Positions 1-11,920 of a stretch of DNA of 64,000 nt are shown here, in pieces. The notes below the pieces were generated by a model. The model was given only the letters and a program-made list of their open reading frames with translations, was not told the DNA's origin and did no database searches. Position numbers and translations under genes: made by a program. Origin of the DNA: Epithemia pelagica (taxonomy: Eukaryota; Protista; Bacillariophyta); NCBI GenBank assembly GCA_946965045.2, contig OX337228.1:4960001-5024000 (forward strand). Reading direction: 5' to 3'. Every line of letters starts with the position of its first letter. Positions within the stretch are counted from its first letter, which is position 1.

Positions 1-748
1 CATTGTCCAGACTTGCACCTCAAGCTTGTTCAAGAGTATGGGTTCCGGCCCATTAAAACAGAGTGGCGCACGGCGTTGACCATTTGGCCTCAGTCTCTAC
101 GCCAGTCAGGCAGTGATACTGAGAACATAGCCACTACAGTTGGTCTGCTGGTTTCACTCTCTCTGTATCTTGGCATTGGGGGTGTAGACTGGGTTGCTAC
201 AGTTGGAGCCATTGTTCAATCTGACAGCGCACTTGATGTTTGTGTTACTTCCATCCTTTATCTCGTTCGCCATGTATTACTGTTTGTGGGAATCAGCAAG
301 TTTCTTCTCGACTGGGAACCACAAGACCGGAAGTGAAGTATGTAGTGTTTGCTGTATAGGGTTCCAATCGTCGTAGGACATCAGCCAAATTAATATGAGT
401 AGATTCATTTATAGAGAGGAGCACATTGATCTGAATAACCAATCCATCGCACCAGAGGCACAAAGAGGGTTCTAGAATAAATGATTCAAGGAAACGCCAG
501 AGTGAATCTATCTACGCACAGCACGTCTTAACCAGGTCGTTCAGGATGCCATGACGATGTGCAATGGACAATGGCTCTTGACATGGAATGTCGATTTCGA
601 ACCACAGAATCATCCAACACAAGCATCCAGAAAACAGAATTTCCATTCTGAGCTTGACAGCAGAACTATGCCGTCTCTCATAATCTCCGGTAAAGAGTAG
701 GACTTGCCCTTGATACGAAAGTCAGCGAACGACAGGAGCGTCGAACTA

Positions 749-1752
749 CTATCGCAGCAAGCCATCCAAGAGCGCCCAGATCACAAGTCCAATACTAAAA
801 TAGCAAAGGATATTGACACTGATAACAAACGTCTTGAACGCAAACATGTTATTCCTTCCAATCGCTGTTCCAGTCCACGGACATGTATGATCGAAGTCTT
901 GGATAAGGACACCACACTCTCGACAGTACAAAGCCCCGGGTGGTCGAAAACTTCCAACTTGTTCATTCCAGAACCACCCTCCTTCCCCTGCTTCTTCGTC
1001 TACCACACGTTCCATCAGCCCAGGATCTCTGCAGGAAACGCAGCAAAGACTCATCATTACAAAACCGATTGTGCCTCCATAAACGAAAAGCATCCAGTCA
1101 GGCTAAAAGAATTAAACCAACTAGAAAGTGAGTCTTTCCCGAATACGCCGTCAGAAAAGTGGCGAAACACTTACCAAATCAAACTTGTCCGAATCATAAA
1201 TAAGAAACCATGCAATAAGAAATGATACTCCCAGTATTAGAGGAACTATTGGACCGATTTAGAAAACGAAATGTACTGACAATGATCACAACAAAACGAG
1301 AATTCTTATAAAAATTTCAGTTTGGACGTACCTGTTACCAGCGCGCAAAATGGCCAGCATGGGCCTGCAATTAGAATAGGAGTACCGTCTGGGTACGAGC
1401 ATATTGCAAACATGTGTCCTATCCTCCTCGCGAAACAACACAGAAATGTGTTGATGTCTGTGGGAACTTTGCCTTCGGCAACTTCCCTTTCCCAAGCAGT
1501 CGAGACTGCATATCTATAGTCAAAAAGAAACCGGCTGAGAGAAATGTATGTAGTCAGCAAAACATAAAAGGAGGAGGATACATACTGCTTCTTCTTTCGA
1601 CGTCTTGAAACGGAGCTGGTTGTCGAGGACTGTCTATGGGAGGGAATAGTGCGGCTTGACGGCAGCGAATGAGCCGCTTGAACTTCTATTTCTTCTGCAG
1701 CTGCTCTATCTCCGGCTACTTCTAAGATGCTTGGGTTCGTTGGACGTTCCAT
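749..1752 (-). CDS. DHHC-family protein S-acyltransferase, DHTC variant (4 exons)
   Basis: Exons 1586-1752, 1332-1513, 1175-1245 and 749-1102 join in frame across GT-AG introns. The Cys-rich region reads FRPPGALYCRECGVLIQDFDHTCPWTGTAIGRNN and is flanked by hydrophobic segments. Confidence 0.85.
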
Positions 1753-2962
1753 TGTCGCTTGTCCTTACACCAATGCATTGGACATGTGCTGCTTCCATTC
1801 ATCAATATTTTAGAAATGTTAGTCTCTTGGTATGCCATATGCCATCGCGTGGCGGGTCCTCAGCCGCGCGCGCCGTGACCCGCTATCTGTGCTATCTCTC
1901 CAACACCCAATAGCAATTGACCTATAGGAGTAGGAGTTGTAGGTTGAAAGTTGAAATGTACTTCTCTCTAGAGAGAGAGCTTAGTCGGACATACGATTGG
2001 AATCTATTCTACTCTATGACGTTATAAGTTACGGGGAGTACATGGTTGGTTTCAATGAAGAAACGAAGCTGCTTCTTCGTGGCCATTGAGGGGAGCCACG
2101 GAGTAGGATCTACTCTCTAGTAGAGGAGTAGCTAGCGGCGAGCAGTAACTTTACGCAGTACGCCACTCTAGCCACCAATCGTTAGCGCAGTCCAGTCGTA
2201 CTAATAGAAATGGGATTACCGATTGAGGCAACCAAGATACAAGAACCATGATCAGCGACGCCGAAATTTTAGGAGGCAATTCGTAACTTACAGACCCATT
2301 AGGAAAGAGAGAAGATCAATATTCATAGCTTTCTTTAACGCACTATGGCTGTGGATTCTCGGTAGATGCTTCATCTCATTGACAATGAGGCGAAATATGG
2401 TTTCCTAAGGTAGACTAAACAGGTTTGGAGCATGGTCAATGATCTCGCAGTTTGCAATTTGGCATCGGTTCAACATGTTACCGAGCTCCACGGGCTTTTT
2501 CATCAAAGGGATTACGAATAAGGGCTTAGGAGTCAGGAGTTAGGAGCTAATAAACCTTCTTTACCCGGTTCCTGTGGTCTGTGTCTTCGTCTCGTATCTC
2601 GCCTATCTCATAGGAGTAGATCAAGGAAGGAGTAGCTCATTTTTTGTTTTTTCTCGTACCGAGCACAGAGCCTCGAGGGGTTCGCGTGGAACGCAAAAGG
2701 GTGCACATTTTCCACGAACTTCATGTGAAGTTTGGCGACTTGATGATTGGCTCTGTAGCCAAAACTGTACACGTCGATCATAGAGAAAAATGCGAACCGT
2801 CAAAAATTGATCTATCTCAAATCTCCAGCGTGTCCTAAGTCCTACAATAAAGTTGCTCGATTTTGGCTGTACTCTCGTCACTTTTTGGTCGCTTGGGATC
2901 ATCCAATTGTTTTTAGAGGTCAAATCACTCTCTGCAACCACAGGAAGAAGCAGACCAAGAAG

Positions 2963-4316
2963 ATGAAGTTTTGCAAGAACCTTCAACGAATAGTCGAGAT
3001 CTCAGACCCAGCGTATAGTGCTTTCTTCGTAAACTACCGCATGCTCAGTAAGTCGAAAGTTGTTTTGGTCCATGGATGGTTATTACCACCATGGTGAATG
3101 CAGATTCGAATGACGGCGGATGTGAGGGAAATGAGTGAATTGTCCGTGCGGTGCTAGAGACTGTCGCAACGGCATTATTTATTTAACCCTACTCCCTCTG
3201 TAACTATTGCCCTTTGGCGTCGCTCGGTATTCACGTTCGGGGTTGCATTCTTTGTTGGTGGAAACTCTCAACTTCGAGAATCTATCGTCATCACCATGGT
3301 CGAATTATTGTCTCACATGGCTCTTTTCCATTCGATTAGAAAAGTTGATAAAGGAGCTCCCGTCACTTGTTCCTTCAGATGATGCTGTAGGCAAGTCGAT
3401 ATCCGACTCCTCACAACCACCAGAAAATCGATCAGATTCTCCTCAGTCGATTGAATCCAATTCTGTGGAACGGCATGACAAGACAGCGTTTTCGAGCAAA
3501 CCTCATCGTCTGGTGGTAGAGGAGTGCCCTCAGGTTGAAACAATGGAACAAAGAAAAGAGGAATTGGGAAAGAGTCCCGGTGAGATTGCTTTCTTCAAAT
3601 TGTTACACTCTGAATTCCGAAAGGCATCATATTTTTTTGAAAAGGCACAACAGGAGTTCGAGATCCGAGAGGAAAGAGTTCGCGAGGGTTTCGAGATTAT
3701 GAAGCAGCCAAACTCAATAATGGTGAATGAAAAGTGGTCGATGATGGCCAAAAGCATTTATCGTTTATACCGGGATCTGTTGTTACTCGAAACCTACGCA
3801 ATCATGGCGTACTGTTCTTTTTCAAAAATTTTGAAGAAACACGACAAAGTAACGGGTCATAGCACGCGCAGCGCCTTCATGACCAACGTCGTGAACAAAG
3901 CCAATTTCACTCACTATCCAAAGGTGTTGGCCATGATTGGTCGTTGTGAAAAGCTTTATGATGAGGTGTCGGAGCGGCTACTCCAGGAAGGGAAAGAGGG
4001 ATTGTACGAAGACGAACGCCTCTTCATCAATATGATCAATCGCTTGAACGACCAAGTCCTGGAAAGTCCAGATGGAGAAGGAGCTGCATGCCAGAATCGG
4101 AAAGAGAATATTCGGCCGACTTCAATGCCCTTGTCTGTCCAACAACAACCCGTGAGTCAAGCTGTCTCTACGCTAAGAAGCATTGTGGAGGAAAATGAGG
4201 CACGTGCACATGCGGCTCAAGTGTCGGAGGGATGTGTAGATGCCGATCGGCGGAAACGAGGAGCGGGGGAATCGACAGAAACGGAAGTAAAGCGTACCAA
4301 GCCCTCGTTACTGTGA
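2963..4316 (+). CDS. SPX: Standalone SPX-domain protein (phosphate/inositol pyrophosphate sensing)
   Basis: Exon 2963-3047 (MKFCKNLQRIVEISDP...NYRML), a 292-nt intron at 3048-3339, then exon 3340-4316. Splicing rebuilds NYRMLKKLIKEL. The SPX lysine cluster FSKILKKHDK is present and no second domain was recognised. Confidence 0.9.
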
Positions 4317-4760
4317 TCTTCTCAGTGGTGAACTGCATCATCATATATCTCTGTTGTTGTTTTCTTGATTGTTGATCATTGGATGTGACATTGCATAGCT
4401 CAATAGATTTTTCAGGATGCTTAACAAGAAGTAGCATTGATTCAAGTGACAAATTAACTGTGGTGAGGTGTATCGTTTAGTGCGCTGGGAAATTGACTAC
4501 TCAAAATCACTCCCTCCTTGCAATTGGTTTCCAAGGCTATACCAAGTTTATTATGAGATGAAACTTATGAAACGATTATTGTTTTGCTATGAGAAACTGA
4601 GCCATACATCTTTAAACGAATTGAAGATCATCGTTCTTTACCTGTCGTCTGTCATGTCAGGATCACGCGGGAGATCTCATGGATTCACTTCATGCTTCTC
4701 CGCGGTGGAAACAAATAATGAGTTGGAGAGAAAAGGTTTGAACATTTTCCAGAAGTTGCT

Positions 4761-7700
4761 CTACGCGTTCTGGATGGTCTCCATTTTCTTCTTGTTCCGT
4801 GCATTGGTGAATCTCTCACGAACAATGCTCCATTCGTCCTGCCCTCCATGTAACCCGATGTCGTCTTCGGGTTGTAAAAGCATTGCCTTCCAACATCTTT
4901 CTTGTTGATAGAAGAGTTTTCGCAATTCTGGACTTTCAGCCTCGTTTTCGACGACACCCGTGCCACTTGACTTTCCTCCAACAGCAAGTGAAGATGTTCG
5001 AATATGAGGTAAGGAACGGTTGTCATCTTGCTCAATTCCTGAAGCAAGATCACAAAATATCGAAAGACGACGAGAATGGACGTGTTGACCGGGTGAAGTG
5101 GGTGTCTGTTTAGTGATATCTCGAAGAACGGACATCTGAGAATGATTTACATCAAGGAGGTATGTGTGAGAATATTTGAGATGCAGGACGAGTTAGTCGC
5201 AATGTTATCCTCTCACCTCTTCGTTGAACGGTCCTAACGAGCCCTGGTCAACAAACCCCTTCCATATTCGTGGTAACTGAGAGCCGACCTCTTCAAAGTC
5301 GACCTCGTCATCGTCGATACTTTCGTTTATGACTGACTCTTCAGGTTCGGTGGGTTGAGCCGGGAGACGATATTTGCCGTGAACCGGTGGAACAGGCGAC
5401 TTGTTGGTAACATTTTCTCGTCCAGCATTAATAGGCCAAGACCAGGACAACCAGTGTCTGCGCAGGTTTTCGAAACGTTTCTGTAGCACCTTTTTCGCAT
5501 CCTCTATTTCTTGCAAAGCATTATAGCGTTGTGAAATGTTTGGGATTAGTTCTCTCGTCATGTATGCAATCCGATGTTCCAATATACTGGTGGCCAATTC
5601 ATATGCATCTCCATCATGCGGTCGTATCATCACAAAGTTCTCAATGTAATTAAATGCGGACGATGGATTTGCACTATGCGAGAAACTGTTGCTGTGCGTC
5701 TCTGTAGATGGTGAAGGACTTGTCAGAGTGCTTTTGGAAAGGACAGGTGAGTCTTTTCGGTTGATACTACGCTTCCATCGGAAACGCTTGGCTTGAGTAG
5801 TAGACCATTCAGAAATGTTTTGCGATCCAATATTGAACCATATACTCACAGGACGCGAGACTTGAGGGTCGGAATCGGGTCCAAATGCCAGTTCATGAAC
5901 CACAACATGGTTTGGGTTCTTGTTGTCATACTCCTTGAGAGAGATTTCCTTCACGTCGTAGCCACAGTTGTAGCACTCCTTGGACGATGCCGCAGCAGAG
6001 GAAGAATAAAGGACGGTTTTTGAGTCTATGGAATCGCGACTTGTAATAATAGTCGATTGGATCAGAAAGGCTCGCTTTTGAAGGACCATACACAACTCGT
6101 CATGAATCACATGCTTGGGACGATACTTGTACTGCCAGTCAGGATTGGTACCTCGCATCATCAATGCAATCTTGAGTTTACAGAGCTGATGGATCGTTTT
6201 GCGACTACGACCCGGAGATGTCTCCACCGTCCAGGACGAAAAGCCAGGGCCGCCTTTCTGCGACACCATGGACGGTGGCATGCCGGACGATCGTGCGGAC
6301 GAAGAGAGACGTTCCATGTTGCAAACTTTACGATACAAGTCGCTCCAAGTATCATCCTTTAAAGAGAACTGGTCACCAAAGGGAGTGCCGTGATGGACTT
6401 CACTATGGTTCTTCTGGTACAAACCATCTACATTAATGTCAGTGGCTATCGTGTTTCCTTGTGTCTCGGTGTGTGTAAGCCATGAGGGGAACGACCCTTC
6501 AACACGCGGATCATGAATGGAAACACATCGCTTCCCGAATGGACTACAAAGAAGACACCAAGCACGAAAAGGTTAGTAACGGCCGGGTAGGGAGATGCAT
6601 TTCGAACCGACTGTCTGTACTGAGATCTGTTCTTACCAAGATCCGGTTGCGATCCATGTAAAACAAGGACGCGTCCGGAAAGACTCAACATCGATCAATC
6701 CTGCGTGATGTAGATCGACAAGTTTTGTCATTTGCAGCTCCTCTTCACCGTGAGCATAGGTGCAATCGGCACCATAGGGACAGGGTCTTCCATTGGCATA
6801 GTGAAAGCACATTTCCGTCTTGATGCGGGTTTTCCGTACAATATCATCTTCTTCCAAAGAGCCAGAGCCTGAAATGAACTGGCATGTGTTGATAGAGCTA
6901 CCACCGCTAATGAGGTTGATTCGACTACTAGCATGGCTACGACTCTTGTGACTGGAAGCGCTTGAACCGCCGAACGGCGACTTGCGGCCTGAGTTGGAAC
7001 CAATGGAGTTTGGTGTTCGAGGACGAGGAGATTCTCCTCGCCCATGATGGCTTCGCTTGACCAAGCCGATTGGAGAAGGGGAAGCCCGGCGACGATAAGA
7101 TGGGTTCCGAGGTAGATAATAGAGAGGCGGGGCGGAAACGGAGCCGGTCATGGAGGCAGGATTTATGCGGGTTGTGCTCGCCGTCTCGACTGTATCACTG
7201 CCAACGGGAGTCTCGCTCAAGGACGTCTCGGTTGCCACAGTCCATGATGAGGTAGTGAGCTGTTCGTATGGAGATGCAGTTGGAGTCCTGGTGGGTTTCT
7301 CCGATCCTCTCTTGCTGCTGTTGATCGTGTTCAAAGCGCCATAGTGATATTGTTCTTGATAGGCGAGAGCGGCTGAAGAAGGAGGGATAGGAACAAAGCC
7401 ACAAGGGCTTGGTGAGGTGCTCTGGGAGAAGGGGGTGGTTCGAGGAGAGGCAGGAAGAGGCGAAAACGACGAAGTCGAGTGACTCGCCATTGTCATGGGG
7501 CTTGCACTGCTTAGTTCCTGTGATGGAAGCATTGGCGAGGAACCATCGACTGGAATGGCAACTCGAATGTTGACATAGCGGACTCCAGCGGTTCCAGATC
7601 CTGTTGTTGCAGCAGTCCCGTTGCTGGTCCCGTCGGTGGTTGGACGCCGCGGTATAGGTGAAATGGAAGATGTCGACACCAGTTCCGTAGCGGCATTGGC

Positions 7701-7898
7701 ATAGTACTCCATCTCTCGTTCATCGTCAAAGTCGTTGTCCTCTTCGACAGTCATGCTTTTCAATACGCTCGAGACGAAAGGACGGGCATTGATGGACAAG
7801 GCGGACGAAAAAGCCGAAGAGGAGGACACACCCTGAGAATGCTTCTTCGATGGACCGTTCCCTCGAGCGGTGGGTTTCAAGACACTCGAAGGGATCAT
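4761..7898 (-). CDS. Tandem CCCH zinc-finger RNA-binding protein (TIS11/tristetraprolin-like, 3 exons)
   Basis: Exons 6637-7898, 5217-6543 and 4761-5135. Two C-x8-C-x5-C-x3-H fingers (KTEMCFHYANGRPCPYGADCTYAH; RTRPCFTWIATGSCPFGKRCVSIH), the second completed by splicing. Long Ser/Pro-rich N-terminus. Confidence 0.85.
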
Positions 7899-8506
7899 CG
7901 TACTAACGATGGATATTGATCAACGTTTATCTTCGTTCCATCACCTGTTGGTGTGTCTTTCGGGTCCTACCAAGGGCGGATTTGTGAACAGTGATGGGAT
8001 GGTGATCTTGGATCATTTCTCTTTCGCGCGCCAGCCAGGGTCATATTTGGATGCTTGTAGACCACATACAACATACAACATGCATGAGAAGAAGGAGTCG
8101 GAGGTACAGTGGCGTTTGAACGGGAAAGGACTACCCAAGGTCTTATCTCGGGTGCCGTCTTGCCGCCTCCTTCCCCACACACAGTCGCGGCAGGGGCTAT
8201 GACTCTCTGCGACTACCTGCAAACCAACATCTGGAACAGAATAATTCTCTCTCTAAAAGTGATAAAAAGTAATTCTCCTTTCGATCATTCAACCAATGAG
8301 CACTTCAGTATGAGACAGGAGAATTGCTGTGCGAAACTGACAAGACGGTCTTCCTCGGACATTCAGAGGCGCTTGGGAAGCTCAACCGATGGGAAAGGAT
8401 CAACTATACTTTTCTTCGATAGCGTTTCCACGGACTTCTCCACCATGTTAACAAGCGTACAACATAGCTTGCCATAGAAATTCATTGGAACTGATTCATT
8501 ACTGAT

Positions 8507-9046
8507 TCATTGGGATATACTGTCCAGACCGTTCAGATAGGCCACAACATGTTTCAGATTGACGAATTCTTCATCTTCTTCGTCCCTGTCCTCTTCTTCA
8601 ATGGCCTCACTAAGTTCTTCTTGTTTACACTGCAACGCTGTCTTTTCTTCTTCGTTTTTAATGTTGACGTTAATACCGTGATGAACCAGGAATTCGGCCG
8701 CTTCTTTCGTGGAGGAATAATGCAACGCCGAATCTCCTTCGTTGTCCACAGCGTTAATCATTACGGACGCAGTTCCATTCTTGTTGGCCTGATCCCAAAG
8801 CCATTGTAAAATTTGAATTTGGCTGTACGATGCGGCGGCTTGCAATAATGTGTAGCCATTCTCATCCGCCGCGGTCTCTTGCAGATTCAGTCGACTGAGC
8901 GACGTTTGCAACAAGGTCAAGTTACCGTCCGATACTGCGACCCAAGGAGTCGAAGAGTCTATCGACAGCTCGGGTTGCTGTTGCTGCTGTTCTTGAGCGG
9001 TTGCCGGGAGAAGTCCTAGACCGAACGATGACGAAACCATTGTCAT
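8507..9046 (-). CDS. Small ankyrin-repeat protein with acidic C-terminus
   Basis: Ankyrin motifs ENGYTLLQAAASY and DNEGDSALHY...GINVNIKNEEEKTALQ. Start taken at ATG 9046 (9040 also possible). Confidence 0.8.
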   Translation of the reverse strand: MTMVSSSFGLGLLPATAQEQQQQQPELSIDSSTPWVAVSDGNLTLLQTSLSRLNLQETAADENGYTLLQAAASYSQIQILQWLWDQANKNGTASVMINAVDNEGDSALHYSSTKEAAEFLVHHGINVNIKNEEEKTALQCKQEELSEAIEEEDRDEEDEEFVNLKHVVAYLNGLDSISQ

Positions 9047-9177
9047 ACAAGGGAAGATCAAAAAAATTGGTGGATGCAATAAATGGGGTCCAGCGAATCA
9101 TTTCTGACGACGGACGGACGGTTTTCGCAACTGATTGTGAGGGTCGTATTTCATAATCCACGAGTCCAAAATGAACC

Positions 9178-10260
9178 ATGGCAAGCTCAGAACACGGCCA
9201 AGGCCAAGACGGTAATCAGATATTGGAGGAAACGTTCTCTTCTATTGAGCGAGGAAATGAGTTGGAAAAGAAGGAGGAATATTGGAAGGCCACGGACGCC
9301 TTCATCAAAGCACATGGATTGTTGAGACAACTCTCCTCTTGCAAGGACGTCGACACGGCAGAGAGCCCGGATCCGACAGCCGACAATACACAAAAAGTTA
9401 TTCAGCTGTACAAACAACAAGCTACGGATTATTTCAACAAATCAAGACAAACACTTATCAAAGCGTTGCTTCAAGAAAGTGACACAGGGAAAATGAAACC
9501 GTCAAACGATGATGGTAACGATAGCGTGGATACTATGAATGGAATATCAGAGGAAACGTCGCATTTACGCTTAGTTTTGTTCGCTACGCTCTTTGCTCGG
9601 GAAGAAGACCTATTGAACCTAAAAGAAAAGGACAAACCAGGAACAACATCAGAACCTGTCGCGGAACAACAGACGTCTCTTGAGGAACGTTTGCTGGCAC
9701 TAAACAAGTCTTTGCCATCAGGATTCAAAACTTCAGACGAAAGAATGCGTGACATCAATCAAGGACTAAATCGACTGGGTCTATCTCTCTTTTCATCATC
9801 CAGCAACAACATCCATTCCCCTTTAGATCAACCAATGAAATCGGAAACAGAACAAGTTGATGATATAATTGCGCAAGCAAAGGATGAAGTGGAAATGTCA
9901 CGACATCATCCGCTTTCTAGCACAGTCAACAGTACGTTCCTGGGTAACATTGATCAAACTTCACCATCCGCCGATGATGTTTTCTTGGACGATTCCGGAG
10001 ACTCCGATCTGCTTGACGATGGAGATATAGATGACGACGAAAATGTGGGGTTTTCTAAAGAAGACATCGATCCGATCCGGAATTTGGTTAACGAAGCACA
10101 ATCATCTTTGGCACAACTGAATAGTTTACTGGACGCTGGTGCTGATGATGAAGATGATGATATTTTGTTTGATCAAAAGACAGCACGGAAATCCCTGATA
10201 GATGCCCGTCTTGCTCTCCAGCACGCCACACAGAAGTGGAGGGATGCACTTGGGGTATAA
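9178..10260 (+). CDS. Hypothetical protein, possibly with an MIT-like N-terminal helical bundle
   Basis: Uninterrupted 360-aa ORF from ATG. The helical N-terminus has a pattern like MIT domains (IERGNELEKKEEYWKATDAFIKAH...VIQLYKQQATDYF) and the C-terminus is acidic. Confidence 0.7.
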   Translation: MASSEHGQGQDGNQILEETFSSIERGNELEKKEEYWKATDAFIKAHGLLRQLSSCKDVDTAESPDPTADNTQKVIQLYKQQATDYFNKSRQTLIKALLQESDTGKMKPSNDDGNDSVDTMNGISEETSHLRLVLFATLFAREEDLLNLKEKDKPGTTSEPVAEQQTSLEERLLALNKSLPSGFKTSDERMRDINQGLNRLGLSLFSSSSNNIHSPLDQPMKSETEQVDDIIAQAKDEVEMSRHHPLSSTVNSTFLGNIDQTSPSADDVFLDDSGDSDLLDDGDIDDDENVGFSKEDIDPIRNLVNEAQSSLAQLNSLLDAGADDEDDDILFDQKTARKSLIDARLALQHATQKWRDALGV

Positions 10261-10398
10261 ACAGGAACACGTGGGTGATAGATGGCTATATTCAACACTC
10301 ACCGAGACAGAAGGAGTTCGACATCTCCTGCTAAAAAACCTTGAACGTTCTTAGATAATTTGACAAACTCTGATATCTAAGCGGTTGACCGTTTACAT

Positions 10399-11514
10399 TT
10401 ACTCTACGCGTCGCCGTTTGGTCTCTCTATCGTCCACAGACGATTGTGTTGGACTTTCGATCGCAGCATCGACAGTTTTAAGAAGATTGATCTGTTCTTT
10501 TACTTTTTTGAAAGCCTCATGATCCACACCTTTTTTGTCGACAATTAATTCTATGATCTGTAGACAAATAGAGGATAGCGAGTTCACGTCAGGGAAGCCC
10601 AACACTTCAACCCACTCCTTGTCTCCTGATGGAGTAACCTTTGCAAAATTTCCAGCCAAAAAAACAGTTGCCACCGCTATGTCCTTAGGTCGGAATTGAA
10701 GGCATAGCGATGTTTGCATGGAATCATTCTTCACATGTAGGGAACAAGGTCGAATGAGAAAAGAGGAGAGGACTCTTCGCAAATTGGCAAAATCCCAGAC
10801 TTACCGCAAAATTCATTGCAAACTGGACCATTTCATTCTGGCATAGTTAAATTCACGACTTTCAAGTAAGATGTACGAGTACAAACTACCTAGTCCATCA
10901 ATTCAAGAGCACCTTACCATAAGCTTCGAAGCTGATTGAGAAGAATTCGTAGATTGTGTCTGTTCATTGTACTCGATTTTTCGGGTTTGCACCAGTTTCT
11001 TGATCAAATCCACCAGAAATTTGTATGGATGATCAATAGAGAGCTCAAACCCGATGGTATGTAATATCACTCGTTCCAGTAACAAGATGCGTTCTTTCAA
11101 TTTCATGAATTCCTCAGACTTTGGATCAAGGCTGGTAGAGGAAGGCATTTCGCCAATCCCTGATATCCTGCCTGCCTGTATTCCTCTTGATTTCAGTTTG
11201 TAACATTCATCGATCACAGAGTTCAGCTTTCTGGGAGATTCTTCCGTCTTTGCCGCCAGCACTATAGCAGCCACTGCAACTTCAAAGCGATCATGATCAC
11301 TGAACGAATGTTTCGCATAGAATCGATGAAAAAATACTTCCGCCGTCGATACAGCAACTCGGGGAAGCTTCAGAATTCGACCGGCTTCCTCGATGAATCG
11401 GCAAGTTTTCCGACGTTTCATTGACTCCTCTTCTACAGTCATGCCGTCTTTTAGAGAAGGGAGCTGAGATATATCGAAATGCTTTGCTTCCGAGGCGGCC
11501 ATTGTTCCGGACAT
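10399..11514 (-). CDS. Cyclin K/T-like transcriptional cyclin (3 exons)
   Basis: Exons 10918-11514, 10805-10837 (33 nt) and 10399-10728. Cyclin box VSTAEVFFHRFY...LAAKTEESPRKL, LLERVILHTIGFELSIDHPYKFL; the spliced second box reads VQFAMNFANDSMQTSLCLQF. Confidence 0.9.
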
Positions 11515-11920
11515 GTTCTGTTTTTACGTTCTTCTGTCTTTGTTTTGAGTCACCACTTTTGGATCCAGGACACCGTACTGCGGTTCATCAATCGATGTTG
11601 ATGGTGGACATGTTGCACTTCGTCCCGTCTGTTGCCACAAGTACCGTGCCACGTGCATGTGACCCAAGTCTAAAATGATGTACGTTCCAGCGGGTGTGAT
11701 ATCTAGTCGCATGTGTGCTGAGACCTGAGAGGGTTTAATTGTTACAACCTACCGATAGGAAGTGGTTTGGGTTTGCAGTAACTTGGTCGTGATCCTGCAG
11801 TGACACCTCGCTCTTCCCTCTATTTTATGTTTTACGTTGCTGCTGTAACCTGTAACTCAAAGACCATAGCGGAAGGATTGCAGAAAGTGTCGTTGTATTC
11901 AAATCATTGTGTAAAAGAAA

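Noticed and set aside
1-700. Open plus-strand frame 1-336 and neighbouring short ORFs
   Set aside because: No recognisable domain or splice pattern on either strand. It may be a truncated gene end or decayed repeat, but I cannot support a call.
1765-1785. Six-codon uORF (MSNALV) 12 nt before the DHHC start
   Set aside because: The TSS is unknown and short upstream ATG frames are common, so there is no evidence it is transcribed.
2621-2986. 121-aa minus-strand ORF with a signal-peptide-like start
   Set aside because: It overlaps the SPX first exon and 5' region in antisense, and its hydrophobic start is the complement of a purine-rich leader.
11650-11655. CACGTG box between the cyclin and TPI genes
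   Set aside because: A single 6-mer is expected by chance, and its flanks do not match the diatom iron-responsive consensus.
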